64,000 bases of DNA from Botryllus schlosseri (lineage: Eukaryota): the NCBI GenBank assembly GCA_051294905.1, contig CM119371.1, forward strand, positions 9,488,001-9,552,000. The letters are read 5' to 3'. Below the pieces are notes generated by a model. That model made no database searches. It was not told the origin of the DNA and was given only the letters and a program-made list of their open reading frames with translations. Below, piece after piece: positions 1 through 11,933 of this stretch. A program made the position numbers and the translations under genes. Every line of letters starts with the position of its first letter. Position 1 is the stretch's first letter.

Positions 1-854
1 ATGTGCGAATAACTCTGCCGTATAATCGGTAGGTGCGTCGATTTAAGTTCAATCGAATATTTCACAGGTAAGCGCTGTGGACTTCAAATGTGAGCAGCGT
101 CAATTGTTGCTGCAATGCAGCTGAATCGATTATTGTGTAATTTCGAAGTTGCCTCCGGAAATCTCGTTTTTCCGCTTGAGAGGAATGGATGAAACACGGA
201 ATTGCGAATATGTCATTGGCGTTATAGCAAAGGCAGTTTAAACTGTGTCGACAAGAAAGGTTGATCCACGCGACTATGTTTGACGCAGGATATGTCACAG
301 TGCAGGGTTTTGAGTTCGTTGAAATTATAGCCAACTTCACCATATGCCGGATTATCGCCAGTGTATGCTATAGGTTTCTCGAATAGTAGAGTGGGATTAG
401 CGTCTCGTATGACCGGCTTCAGCTGTAGCCTTCGTAGATGTTATGAGAACGGGACAATGTACGTATTTGAAGGCTGAGATGCTTGTAGGCGTAATGCCGT
501 TACGATGGTGTTTCAGTGTTTCGACATGAAAAGATTTGTTCGGGTCAATACTTCTTTTATAATGTCGTTGGCGATTGCGTAGCTAGCTATGCCCTTGATT
601 TACATATTCTATTGATTCTCCTTGACAAGCACTCTCACGAGCACTCCAGATTCAATGTTTTGTTGAGCGGAAAGCAGTTACAGTGGTATAAAACCTATAT
701 ACGTCTGAGTCTACATCCTGAACTGCTAGGCTATCCGCACTGAGATACTGAATACTATTGGCGAGCTTCCCTCGGTTATTAATTCCCAATGCTGGCATGC
801 ATGCGATGCATTACGCATCAATATCATATGGCGTTTGTGGCTCTAGCCCTAGCA

Positions 855-3348
855 CAGTGGTTCTCAACCGGTGTGCCGCGGCACACTAGTGTGCCGTTTA
901 CGTCTTGCAAGTGTGCCGCGAGCGATTTCATCGAAATTTTGAAATTATGCGCAAAATAATTCTAGTCTAATCCACACGATCATCAACGTAAAATCGAGCT
1001 TGATGTGAAGTTTGTATGCGCATTTGACATATGCTCGTAATCAATATCCGCCGCGAATTACCTTTACTCATCCCGCGTGCTTTGATGGCTGAATTCTAAT
1101 CCTTATTGTCTCCCCAATCACCAGCGAGAAATGAACTCCTTTGAAAGGGACATAGCAATCCACATTGCGATTGTTAGGACCTGTTAGGTAGCGTCGCGGC
1201 ATTTTCGTTAAAATTTAGGCTTGTATAGCACTATCGTTGTGCTACCGGCGATTGATATGAGAATTGAGAAGTAAGGTTGATCAAAATGTAATAGTTAACA
1301 AACTTCCTCGCCGCTGAGGTTATTAACTTGGTTTGTTGGAAATATATTGAACTGCAGGTGGCTGCCAGTAGAACTATTGAGGTATGGCTATATATCCTCA
1401 CGCGATCTGCGTGGAAATGTACTGTATAGCCTACGCCTCTGTATTCGTTGGTGGCGATCGTGCTTGACCTCGTCGATGCGATGGTTGTTGTTGTTTGTGG
1501 TATTCATGGTGTTTGTCGACTACTATGGTCATTTACACCAGGCCGATATTCCGTATTTTTGATTCCGTATCTGCCCACTTCCAGGCTTTTTGTAAGACAT
1601 CGCTTACGTGCAGCACCGTAACTGCCGCACCCCAAACCCCCCAATTGGGGGGGCCCGAGCTCGAAGGGGGCCCAAAATATTTTCGTGAATTAGCATAAAT
1701 CATAAAGTATTTTTTGAAAATTGATGCCAATTTTTCAAAATTTTTTCGCGCTGCGCGCGAATTCATGAAGCCGTTTATCTTTATTATTGGGTATTAGGCC
1801 ATATAACATGCGACTCCAAGAAGTGTGCCAGAACGATCGGCAGCGAGAAAACCTTGGCCGAAAAGGTGAATGCCCTTATGCTGAACGAAGACGGCGTTCT
1901 ATATATAAAATACACATAGGTTTAATTGTACATAGGCGCCTAAATGACTGACGCCGAATGTTCCTGTCTTTGCAATCTGAACCTCACAAGACAAATACCA
2001 TCCCGATGGGAAAAAAATTATGCCAGTGAAGAAATACCAATTTGAAATCGTGTGCGTCTCTTAGTTTAGAAGCCTACGTTTGGGCGATTCTATATGTTTT
2101 GATATAGCAGACTGGAAGTCACGACATAACATCATGTAACGAAGTCATACCAACGGGTCCGCCCGCCAGAAGATGTTTAATTATTATTTACGGGCCACCC
2201 CGTTTTCAAGACACTTCACTCAGCTCTACCGGTAAATCTAATTACGTGAGTAGAGAGGAAAATAAATTGATAGCATAATATATATGCAATCGCCTATCTG
2301 ATTGACCGATTTTATCATAAATTATCGAAAATTTTCGCGCTTCGCGCTGGCTCACAATACAGTACAGTTGATTTCGTGACAAACGCGAACAATGTGATGG
2401 GGGGTCGTTTTATCACCCTATGGGAGCCCAAGACCCACGTTTTTGGGGGCCTGACGAGGTGCTGTTTCGTTCCTGCCAACGGGTATACGCCTGAAGATGT
2501 TTAATTATTAATGGAGTGGTCCTACCTTTTCAAACACACCTCACTCAGCTCTACCGGCAAATCTGATTACGTGAGCAGAGAGAAGATAAAAATTGATAAC
2601 AATATAGGCAATTCCCGATCATACTGACCGATTCAATCATGAATTCTAGAAATTTTTCCGCGCTTAGCGTGCTTAGGCGACAAAAGCTGATCCACCAAAC
2701 AAACTCCCAATGATAATGATAAATAGCGGTAAACAGTGTATCGCCGGAGGGGGGTCTGGGGGGCTATGCCCCCCAGAAGTTAGGTCTATAACCCTATGGG
2801 AGGCCCAAGACCAAAGTTTTTGGGGGGGCCTGACGAAGTGCTGTTACGGCCCTGCTTACGTGGATGCAATGGTTAATAAAGGCAATTGTTTGTTGCAATA
2901 AAGGCAATTGTCATTTTACTTCAATTTTCCACGTCGTATTTGTGCGACACCGGATTTTCCGTTCTAGTCAATATAAAAACCAAATAAAGGGAGAGATTAC
3001 TTGCCGTCGAAGAAGAGATGAGAGTAGCATTATCAAATATGCGTCCAGACATTGAAAGGATATGCGCAAGAAGTCAAGCGCAAATTTCGCACTGACTTTG
3101 TCTGTGATAAAATTCAATAAATTGTTTTGTTTTCGCGAAACCTGTTCAATTTAACGCAGAAACATCTTGTATTGACTGCAGAGGTGGTCACATTATTCAG
3201 CGTTATTACTGAAGTCGAATCAGTTGAGTATTCTGGTAGTTCGCAGGTGCTGTAAGCCAAAAAAGTTCAGAACGGCTGTGCTGGTGTGCCGCGAACAATT
3301 TTTCATTTCCAAAGGGTGCCGCGAGGTCAAAAAGGTTGAGAACCACTG
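855..3348. mobile_element. Non-autonomous hAT (Charlie-type) element
   Basis: TIR CAGTGGTTCTCAACC at 855 and GGTTGAGAACCACTG ending 3348. Perfect 8-bp TSD CCCTAGCA at 847-854 and 3349-3356. Contains a nested element at 1611-2854. Confidence 0.9.
1611..2854 (+). mobile_element. Non-autonomous hAT-like element, family X, copy 1 (nested)
   Basis: Imperfect TIRs CAGCACCGTAAC / GTTACGGCCCTG. Perfect 8-bp TSD CTTACGTG at 1603-1610 and 2855-2862. Near-identical copy at 35563-36864. Confidence 0.9.
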
Positions 3349-3676
3349 CCCTAGCAGATTACCACTCGACTGTTGGGAATTATGCTGCATTACGTCACGG
3401 CGACGCTGCTACTCCGATTTCGATAGCCCAAGTTTACATCAGTCAAATATTCACACGAACCACCTGCGGCGATAACTGCGGTAACTCGGCAATCATGATG
3501 TTGTGGATATTTTATTCTACGCTACTGTAATCCACTCAAAGTTTCGGGAGTTTGTGTACAATTGTGCATGCGTGCACGGACTGATTACCAGAGAACCCGG
3601 CCCTTGGAGAACCCGGCCCTACCAACCCGGCCCTTGGAGAACCCGGCCCTTGGAGAACCCGGCCCTCGGAGTATTC

Positions 3677-3985
3677 ACCGGCAATCCTAATATCCCACCT
3701 CCGGCAACCCTAATATCCTCACCATACCCCTAATATCCCACCCCCGGCAACCCTAACCCTACCCCTAATATCCTACCCTAACCCTAATATCCCACCTCCG
3801 GCAACCCTAATATCCCACCTCCACCAACCCTAATATCCCACCTCCGGCAACCCTAATATCCCACCTCCACCAACCCTAATATCCCACCTCCGGCCACCCT
3901 AATATCCCACCTCCACCAACCCTAATATCCCACCCCCGGCAACCCTAATATCCCAACCCTAACCCTAATATCCCACCTCAACCTA
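3677..3985. repeat. Telomere-like ~23-bp tandem array (AACCCTAATATCCCACCTCCGGC) with AACCCTAACCCT runs
   Basis: About 13 degenerate units, most containing CCCTAA, just inside the left TIR of the MULE element. Confidence 0.85.
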
Positions 3986-4050
3986 CAGTTGCATTGCCCT
4001 TAACAGCATGCTCTGACCAACTTCACACAATCAATTGAATCAGGTAAATG

Positions 4051-4230
4051 TCACATCTAATATAATGGAATAAAAACGACAAAATCACATCTAATATAAA
4101 TAAAAACGACAAAATCACATCTAATATAAATAAAAACGACAAAATCACATCTAATATAAATAAAAACGACAAAACCACATCTAATATAAATAAAAACGAC
4201 AAAACCACATCTAATATAAAAGAACGACAA
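4051..4230. repeat. 30-bp tandem repeat (AAAATCACATCTAATATAAATAAAAACGAC) x~6
   Basis: Directly visible. Lies just 3' of the transposase stop codon and explains the spurious repetitive ORF at 4023-4208. Confidence 0.9.
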
Positions 4231-4251
4231 AATCACAAAAATCTAATCTAA

Positions 4252-6153
4252 TCAGGTTTGTTCTTCTTCAGAAATGGGCCCATTAATCCCAGCAATGTCT
4301 TTCAGTAGTCGACGGGGTGTCTTCCTCCCTTTCTTGAATTCCCTCCACAATTTATATAACTGTCCATCGACTAATCGGCACTCCTTGCGGCGGCGTTTTT
4401 TGATCTTTCCTTCAGAGAGGAGGGCCACCTGTTCACGCGAGAACGACGCTTCCTCATTCAAGAGAAGAATGAGGCTATACATTGGCATGTTGCGCCGTCC
4501 TCGCATGTTCAGGCGGTGGTGCCATCCCTCCAAGTCATTGTTCGTACGGATTGCTGTATCGTACACACTCCAATTCCGCGGTTTGAATTTTTTGGACGTG
4601 ATCCATGTGGTTTGAAAATACTGGAACAATGGTTCTAGTTTCGGGTCCGTGTGTTTAAGCCTTAGCCTTGAAAAACTTGGCTCTATGAGCTCAGCAGGCA
4701 TATAACACAGACTCATTAACTGCTTCATAGCAGAATGAGTGGCTTTTCTCGCGAAGTAATATTTCGACAGCCCCAACTCCTTAATCTTCCGGAACACACA
4801 TTGTGTGAAGTGGAAGGAGCAACCCTTCACGTCTACTCCAGTAAGCGCCGCAGATAACGATTTCCAAATGGCCAACTCAAAGTCGCATACCACTCTTTTT
4901 ACTCGGCATTCGCCGACAGCATCAATTACTTTGTTGAGGACAGCGACATAGTCTGCTTTCCGTCTTCGCGACATTAGGGCAAACACTAAGGGTATTTGCT
5001 TTGTTGCAGTCCCAGATCGAATAAATGCATGGATGGAGAATAGTTGGTAAAAGGGTTTTCGGACAACTTTGAACGTTGCATCCACATACCACGTTTTCGA
5101 ATTTTTTAGGAGGTCCATCTGCTGCTCAGAAGCAAATATGAGGTGACGGGCCCCTTCTAGTATGACATCTCCAAGCAGAAAATTTGATGGGATGTTGTCA
5201 ATATCAAGTTCGAAGTCGATTGTCTTCGGTTCCTGCGGCCTTGAACTTGCACGCGCATAGTTGGCTTGCCTTACCAAATTGTCAAGAGGTGTCAACCCCG
5301 GCAGAGGACGCTTATTATCAAGCAGGTGCTTGCTGCACACGGCTTGAGCAATCCGTGCAGCGGATTCAAAAGGATTCTTCATAGCTGTGGACTTTGTCTC
5401 CTTAGAAATCAAGGCGCTCTTGTAGACTCCGGGAACTCCAGGGTGAATGTGAAGACTCTTGCCCTTTGTAAAATTGGCACCATGCTGCTTCACCGTTGCG
5501 GAGCAGCGATTGTCTTTCCACCGATACTTGCACCTCCAAAGTACCGAGCCATCCTTGTTTTCCTTCTTCCTGGTGTAAGAGTGACCCCGACCATCAAACA
5601 GCATATCGCATCCTCTTTCCGATACGCCCTCCACAATATTATATGTTGACTGGTCCGAGCAAGACACCTCAGAACTGATCTGAGCAGCAGAAGGGTCGGA
5701 TAGAGACGATTCAACAATATCATCTTCCTGCAAAAAAAAAACATGGTTAAAACTCGATCACATCCAACAGCATAGCATTGTTCAACTTACGTGGTTGTCA
5801 AATGGCCCAGCTTGAGTTACATCAATAACACGTGCTCCTTCCAATACACCCTCAATAAGTTGAGCACCAGCAAGGTGATTAATTGGAGAAGGGGGCGGTG
5901 GCTATAAAATAAAGATGATTAAAACCTAATAACAGAAAGCAGGTTCTTCCGAATTACTCACAAGCAAATCAGGTCGACATTCCGAACATTGGAAGTCCAC
6001 ACTACAGTCTTCTTTAACAATTCGTAAGTAGTCTTCTCGAGACATAATATCTTGTGGGCCACAAGCGATGTGCTGCCACATGCCACACCCATCGCATTTC
6101 AGAGCAGCTTCTTCATCTAAAACCTCGCTGTTACATGAAACGCAGATATCCAT
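4252..6153 (-). CDS. PHD finger-FLYWCH-MULE DDE transposase, 3 exons (6153-5962, 5901-5791, 5727-4252), 592 aa predicted
   Basis: Exon 1 is a C4HC3 PHD-like finger (CVSC..CDGCGMWQHIAC..FQCSEC). Phase-0 introns 5961-5902 (GTGAGT..TTTTATAG) and 5790-5728 (GTAAGT..TTTTGCAG). Exon 3 has FLYWCH (YTRK..WRC..C..HIH) and MULE motifs YVDATFK, VVCDFE, GCSFH, TNNDLEGWH. Confidence 0.85.
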
Positions 6154-6544
6154 CTTCTTATACTTCCTTCCCTCGCCAAGTCAAATCAATACTGAGCCGG
6201 CCACGCGTGGTCGATATGTGAAAGTCGCGTTCTTTCCCGCGCTTGGCGCTTGCGCAATCCGTGATCACGTGATCTGATCACGCCGTGACTGCGTGACCTA
6301 CGCATGCCCTGACCTCCTTACAAGACCGACAAATCAGTTGATATTAACATTATTACTTTATTAATTCATATTAATACTTGTGAATACACTTAATTTCAAA
6401 ATTTCCCAAGGAATTCACCGAGGGCCGGGTTCTCCAAGGGCCGGGTTCTCCAAGGGCCGGGTTGGTAGGGCCGGGTTCTCCAAGGGCCGGGTTCTCCGGC
6501 AACCCACGGACTGATTACACCAGCATTCAAGGACACATAATTTG

Positions 6545-9500
6545 TAGGGATGGTGTGAACGTCAGGTTCACATTCGGGTTCTGTGTGTGAACCTCAGAAA
6601 TTTAGAGGCTCACGTTCACAAACAAACCTTGGTTGGTTCTGGGCTGTGAACCTTTTTCATATGTTGCAGTTTCTCACTTTTTTTGTTGAAATTCTTTGCA
6701 TTTCAACTGGTACTACTTTATGCATAGCGCTGACAGCATACAAAAATCAACACTAACCGGGCATGCACCTGCCACTCTCAAAAATTTTGCTTGCTTTGTT
6801 ACAAAAGTCTGCTCGAAATATCCAGCTTTCCGTTTGTGAATATTTAATTACTCTCTGCTGTGAGTCTGACCCGCAATCACACAACATCAATTGCTAAATA
6901 CACTACATGTAGGTAGTCAGAGAGTGATGCTTATTCAATCAATCAATGAAATTGATGTCGTTGTCTAAAGTAAAAAATCTAGCAAGAGCATGGAGTCCAA
7001 CTCGATTTCATATGTCTATTGTATCATAAAAACCAAATACGGGCGACCGGAGTGTTGGATACTGCTGTATAACTTGTTAATAGGGTAACACCACTGAGCT
7101 ATATTAATACCCGTTTTACACTCTGCTCAATATCAACGTAGCTATACTTAGACACCTAGTACATTGTCCGGTCTATCCTAGACCGTTAAGGCGTAACTTA
7201 TATTCCCTTGGAAGTCCTCGTCGAAATTGTTGGTGAAGCGACGGGAGATATGGATTTTATGGGTTTATGATATCACTTGATTGCCCCAGTTGATACATAT
7301 GGCGACGTTTAAAACGTCAATATGTACTTCAGCATTGTGGCACTATGTGGCCATTCATACAAGCTATTACTTCACTGAAATATAGGGTTGGAATTAGCAA
7401 TATGACGTCACGTGACGTCATGAGGTTCACGTTCGCGTTCACACAGCACTTTTCAAAAAGGTTCGCGTTCACACGAACCTGAACCTTTCAGAGGTTCGCA
7501 CCATTGCTAGTGTGAACGTCAGGTTCACATTCGGCTTTTGTGTATGAATTTAGAGCAGTGGTTCTCAACCTTTTTGGCTTCGCGGACCCCTTTTGACCGT
7601 CACGGACCCTCGCGGACCCCCTCAAGTTTTAGTTCAATTTTCGCTCTATTATGGTGCAACCTTCATCTGTCTTGTGCAAATATGAACTGTAGGCTCGTGA
7701 TAAACAGCAAAATAATGATTTTTCTTGAAGATAACATCATACTCTTTATGTAGAAATTGGTGGACTTTTATTATTCCCAAGCTAATTTTGCTGCTGTCTT
7801 TCTTGAAGTACGTGTTCGTGTCTTGAAATATATGTTCATATTTTATGAACATATCACGTCCAGCATCTAGCGCAGGTACGGGCAACATACGGACCGCTGG
7901 CCGGATTCGGCCCGCGACGATATTTTGATCGGCCCGGAGAGAGTTTCTACCGTCAAAGTGAAATTCTAATCTAAAAGTATAGACAAATTTTATGCTCCAA
8001 AGAATGGATCCAAGTTTTCCAACCAGAGAAAGACTGTCATGAAACGACTTGTTCTGTTCGGGTTTACATATATATTTACGAGCAATGATTTTCGACCATG
8101 AACAATTGAACATTAACAAGACAAGGCTGCATACCAATATAACTGGTGATATGAATTTCAGGGTTGGAGCGTAGTGCTTTGATAGCAACGAAACACTCCT
8201 TGTTCATCAAAAAATCAGCCTTGTCGATAGGGCATCCGCAATAAGAATGCGCAAAATCTGATAGCCGAGCTTTAAGAGCAGGTATATCATTGTCCGATTT
8301 ATGACGAGTGTCAGCCGAAAATATTCGGGTTCATTTCAATATGAATATACTATTCAATTGTATATTAAAGTTCTGTACCTCTAAGAAGCTGCTCCATGCA
8401 TTGGGACAAATTATGGAAATACTTCGGAATTTTTTATTTCGAACGACTGTTCACTAATTTGATGAGACTGACAACTTCAAATCGAGAATGTTTCGCAGAC
8501 ATTACGAAGTCACCCTGATTAACGTTACATCTCCACATTTTTCTCCATATCAAAACGTCTCTAAACAGCAATATGTTTGTATCAGCAGGTTATTGGAAAA
8601 TTGGCAATGAAAATGAGTTTCCACACTACGATAGTCCATGTCAGACGATTATTACGATGATAGGAGTCATGAGGTTTTAGCAGTTGTGGTGCAAAACTAC
8701 CTCATGCCTTCTCAAATTATAAAAATAAAATAAAAATTAGTTTATCAACCATGTTAAAAATTTAGAGGTCTCGCGGACCCCCTGAAATTGCTTTGCGGAC
8801 CCCTAGGGGTCCGCGGACCCCCGGTTGAGAACCACTGGTTTAGAGGATCACGTTCACGTTCTGGGCTGTGAACCTTTTTGGTATATTACAGTTTATCACG
8901 TCATTATAACATCTTTTGTTGAAATTTCTGCATTTCAACTTGCATGCATGCATGCATGGTGCTGGCAGCATAACAAAAATCAACACTTAATGAGCATGCA
9001 ACTCGCCAATCTCAAATATTTTACTTGTTTGTTTTGTTAAAACAGTTTGCTCGAAATATTCATTTTCCGTTTGTGAATGTTTAGTGACTCTCTGCTGTGA
9101 GCTTGATCCGCAATCACACAGAATCAATAACGAAATACACTGCATTTAGGTAGTCGGCAAATGACGCTTATTCAACCGATCAATAAAATTGATATAAAGG
9201 CTATATCGCTGTCTAATGTAAAAATTCGAGCAGACGTACGGGACCCATCTCGATTTGATATGTTTGCTGTATCTTAAAAACTAACTCCGTGTGATTGAAG
9301 TGAAGGCTACTGCATAACATGTTTATGGAATAACATCGGTAACAAGTATAGATACCCATTTTACACTCTGCAATAGTCACACGCCAAACACAATGTCAGG
9401 TCAGGTCTAAATCGTTAAGGCGCAAGCTTAGATTCCCTCAGCAGTCCTCGTCCACATTGTTGGCTAAGCGACGAAAAATATTGATTTTATTTGATGGCAT

Positions 9501-9715
9501 TTGATAGTTCCAGTTGATACATTTGGTGACGTTTAAAAAGGAGGCGTCGCTAGGTATCGTGCACAATAATATATCACTTCACTGAAATGTAGGATTGGAA
9601 ATAGCAATATGACGTCACGTAATGTCATAGGTTCACGTTCACGCTCACACATAACCTTTCAAAAAGGTTCGCGTTCTCACGAACCTGAACCTTTCAAAGG
9701 TTCACACCATCCCCA
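6545..9715. mobile_element. Non-autonomous hAT (Ac-like TAGGGATG end) element, head-to-tail dimer of a ~950-bp unit
   Basis: TIR TAGGGATGGTGTGAAC / GTTCACACCATCCCCA. TSD ATAATTTG at 6537-6544 and 9716-9723. Unit 1 is 6545-7509. Unit 2 is 7510-9715, interrupted by 7556-8837. Confidence 0.85.
7556..8837. mobile_element. Non-autonomous hAT (Charlie-type) element, nested
   Basis: TIR CAGTGGTTCTCAACC / GGTTGAGAACCACTG. TSD ATTTAGAG / GTTTAGAG (7/8). Subterminal GCGGACCCC repeats. Confidence 0.85.
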
Positions 9716-9919
9716 ATAATTTGGTCTATCTGTTTATCACAAAAGTCCTGTCGGTCACCAGTACCATGGGGCATCATGGTTGAGTGCTCGAATTTGAATC
9801 GAATAATATACGCTTATTGATCCGAAGAGTTAATTTTTTGGGGTGGAATCATATGCAAAGTGACGTATTATAACGTCGTAAAAACTGAAGCTTAGATTTC
9901 TAGTTGTCATTTTCGCATA

Positions 9920-10253
9920 TATGACTTTTTTGAAAGTGTCCTCGGAGGACGGCTAAATGTCATTTATTTTAGAATTTGTCCTTTTGCGTGACAATTTTGG
10001 TTAAGATTTAGGAAATCAGTGGCCAAGTAACAGTTTGACGGGGTATTCGGGACTTGAGCGATAAAATGACCTTTTTTAGTCAACCAACGGAAAATCTCAT
10101 AAAAAGCCGGTAATTCGGGATATGAGCCGGAAAGTTGACGTTTTTGTTTTAGTCAACTTACCGACCACGAAGTTGTAAAAATTTACCATTTTTTCATGAT
10201 TTGAAATCTTGAAAAAGTGTCCTCTTTTCAGATTCACAAATTATGTTTACCCT
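9920..10253 (+). mobile_element. Partial copy of the TGTCCTC-repeat MITE (see 24968-25721)
   Basis: Shares GAAAGTGTCCTCGGAGGACG..AAATGTC and AAAGTGTCCTCTTTTC..ACCCTA blocks with 25022-25325. Confidence 0.65.
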
Positions 10254-10277
10254 AGCATATAGTGATCCGGCTACAGT

Positions 10278-11446
10278 TACGGTTAGTTCGGATAGCAATA
10301 ATTTTCACTATCCGGATAACGGATATATCCGTATATTTGGAATTTAGGTAACCGGTTAACCGGATAGTGAATCCTAAGTGAGATAATCGATTTCACGAGG
10401 TCTGCATGAAAAATGGATCGCAAAATCATTACACAGTGTAATTGCAGCTCTCTCCTTATAAAGCACACCGCATAAATAGTGGCATCCTGTAGCGTGGACC
10501 GGAGTTTTGTAGCGAAGAGTCCACACGTATTAAATGCTCTTTCTGCTTCCAAAAAATGGGCTGAATTATAGTAAGCGAAGCTGAATATAATAAGCAGCGC
10601 TTCCTTTTTGTCCATTCTTCTGTTTAGGTGTCCAGTACTGGATGGACGAGTAGCTGATACCGGAATTGAGGCCGACATGATGGCTCGCTCTAATTCCTCC
10701 ATGAGAAATTCACATGATCAGGCCCGTAGCCAGCCGAAAAATAAGGGGGGTGTTTTAAATAAAACGAGGTGGTCTCGATTTTTTTCGAATTTAGTATCAG
10801 CGGAAATCAATTACGCTTGCACGCACGAACATGTTTCCGGAATGCGAACATTCGATGTCATTCAGTTTCGCAATGTCACTCATTAATCACAATCGCTGAT
10901 CATAATAATCGCAGCGGCATATTGTCTCCAAACCACCAAGAGATATGAGCCAACACATGCCAGGCCCGAGACTATGGTTTGGTTACGCCAGCGATGATAT
11001 CTTTCGTACCATGCCTATTGCAGATGCGATTGTGCAGGCCAGCGATAATATCGTGAGCACCAAGCCAATGCAGATGCGATTATGAAGGCCAGTGATGATA
11101 TAATGTCCACAGAGCCTATTGCAGATGTGATTCTGCAGGCGGAACTATAGGCTTGTTGAAGACTCGAGAAACCAGGCCAGCAACGATAGCTGAGTTCGCG
11201 GCAATCAATGACCTAATGTGACGATCTTCTCAGCTGGAGATTCCGTCGCGTTACACAGTGCATTGACGTATTCTGCTAATTGGCGACACGCTTCTCGCTA
11301 CTTGGCCGCGCGAAACACCGAAAATAAGAATTATTGAAGCTTCCTAAAAGTTTAAACACATTATTACCGATACTATTTTATCCGTTTAACCGGCAGATTT
11401 ATATCCGGATATCGGATAATGAAAAAACCCGGATAATCCAACCCTA
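10278..11446. mobile_element. Non-autonomous hAT-like element with TATCCGGATA subterminal motifs
   Basis: Right end GGATAATCCAACCCTA, degenerate left end. TSD GCTACAGT (10270-10277) / GGTACAGT (11447-11454). Internal ~52-bp tandem repeat at ~10985-11140. Confidence 0.65.
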
Positions 11447-11933
11447 GGTACAGTATTTTCAATTCATTGCAGTGTTTTTGTGTAGCTTCTTTTCTTCTTT
11501 GATGGTGGAAAAACTTTAAGACCACTCATCGGTATGCGAGTGTTACGACGTTCCACCGACTTCCATATCGCTACTTATACTTGATACTACCTTCTCAAGT
11601 GCGTTTCAGACTTTCCTAAATTTCATGATCTGCTTCCACCTGAAGTACTTTTTACATTTCTTTCTTATCTCTGTTTTTACTTCTACTTCAAATTGATTGG
11701 CATTTTCGCCGTTATGTCTACTTGATTTGTGTAGCAACGCTGATTGCTATGACCATTTCTGGGTAATGATGGAACTCGGTACAGTAATGAACTATTTTAC
11801 GCCCATGCATTTACGTGTGGAAACCGTTTAACCTCGGTGATAAGCGCTATACCTGACAATACTATATGCACCAAAATATTTTGCAACTACTTGCATAATC
11901 ATTACAGCCGTTTATTTTCCACATAACTAGTAC

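Larger units (their letters stand above)
3583..6504 (-). mobile_element. Mutator-superfamily (Phantom/FLYWCH-MULE type) DNA transposon, apparently autonomous
   Basis: ~90-bp TIRs built of 16-17 bp units (GAGAACCCGGCCCTTG) at 3583-3668 and 6419-6504. Flanking direct repeat CACGGACT(G) at 3575 and 6505. Encodes an intact MULE transposase. Confidence 0.9.

Noticed and set aside
3590..3668. Short direct-repeat arrays (also 6419-6497 and 53690-54070) as CRISPR
   Set aside because: No unique spacers, eukaryotic context, and the arrays are inverted pairs forming transposon TIRs.
3740..3970. True telomere or telomere fusion site
   Set aside because: CCCTAA is embedded in a 23-nt unit inside a transposon, with no long pure (TTAGGG)n tract.
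4023..4208. Repetitive hydrophobic ORF (ILSFLFILDV)n, and the repetitive ORFs at 53698-54106
   Set aside because: These are translations of tandem DNA repeats.
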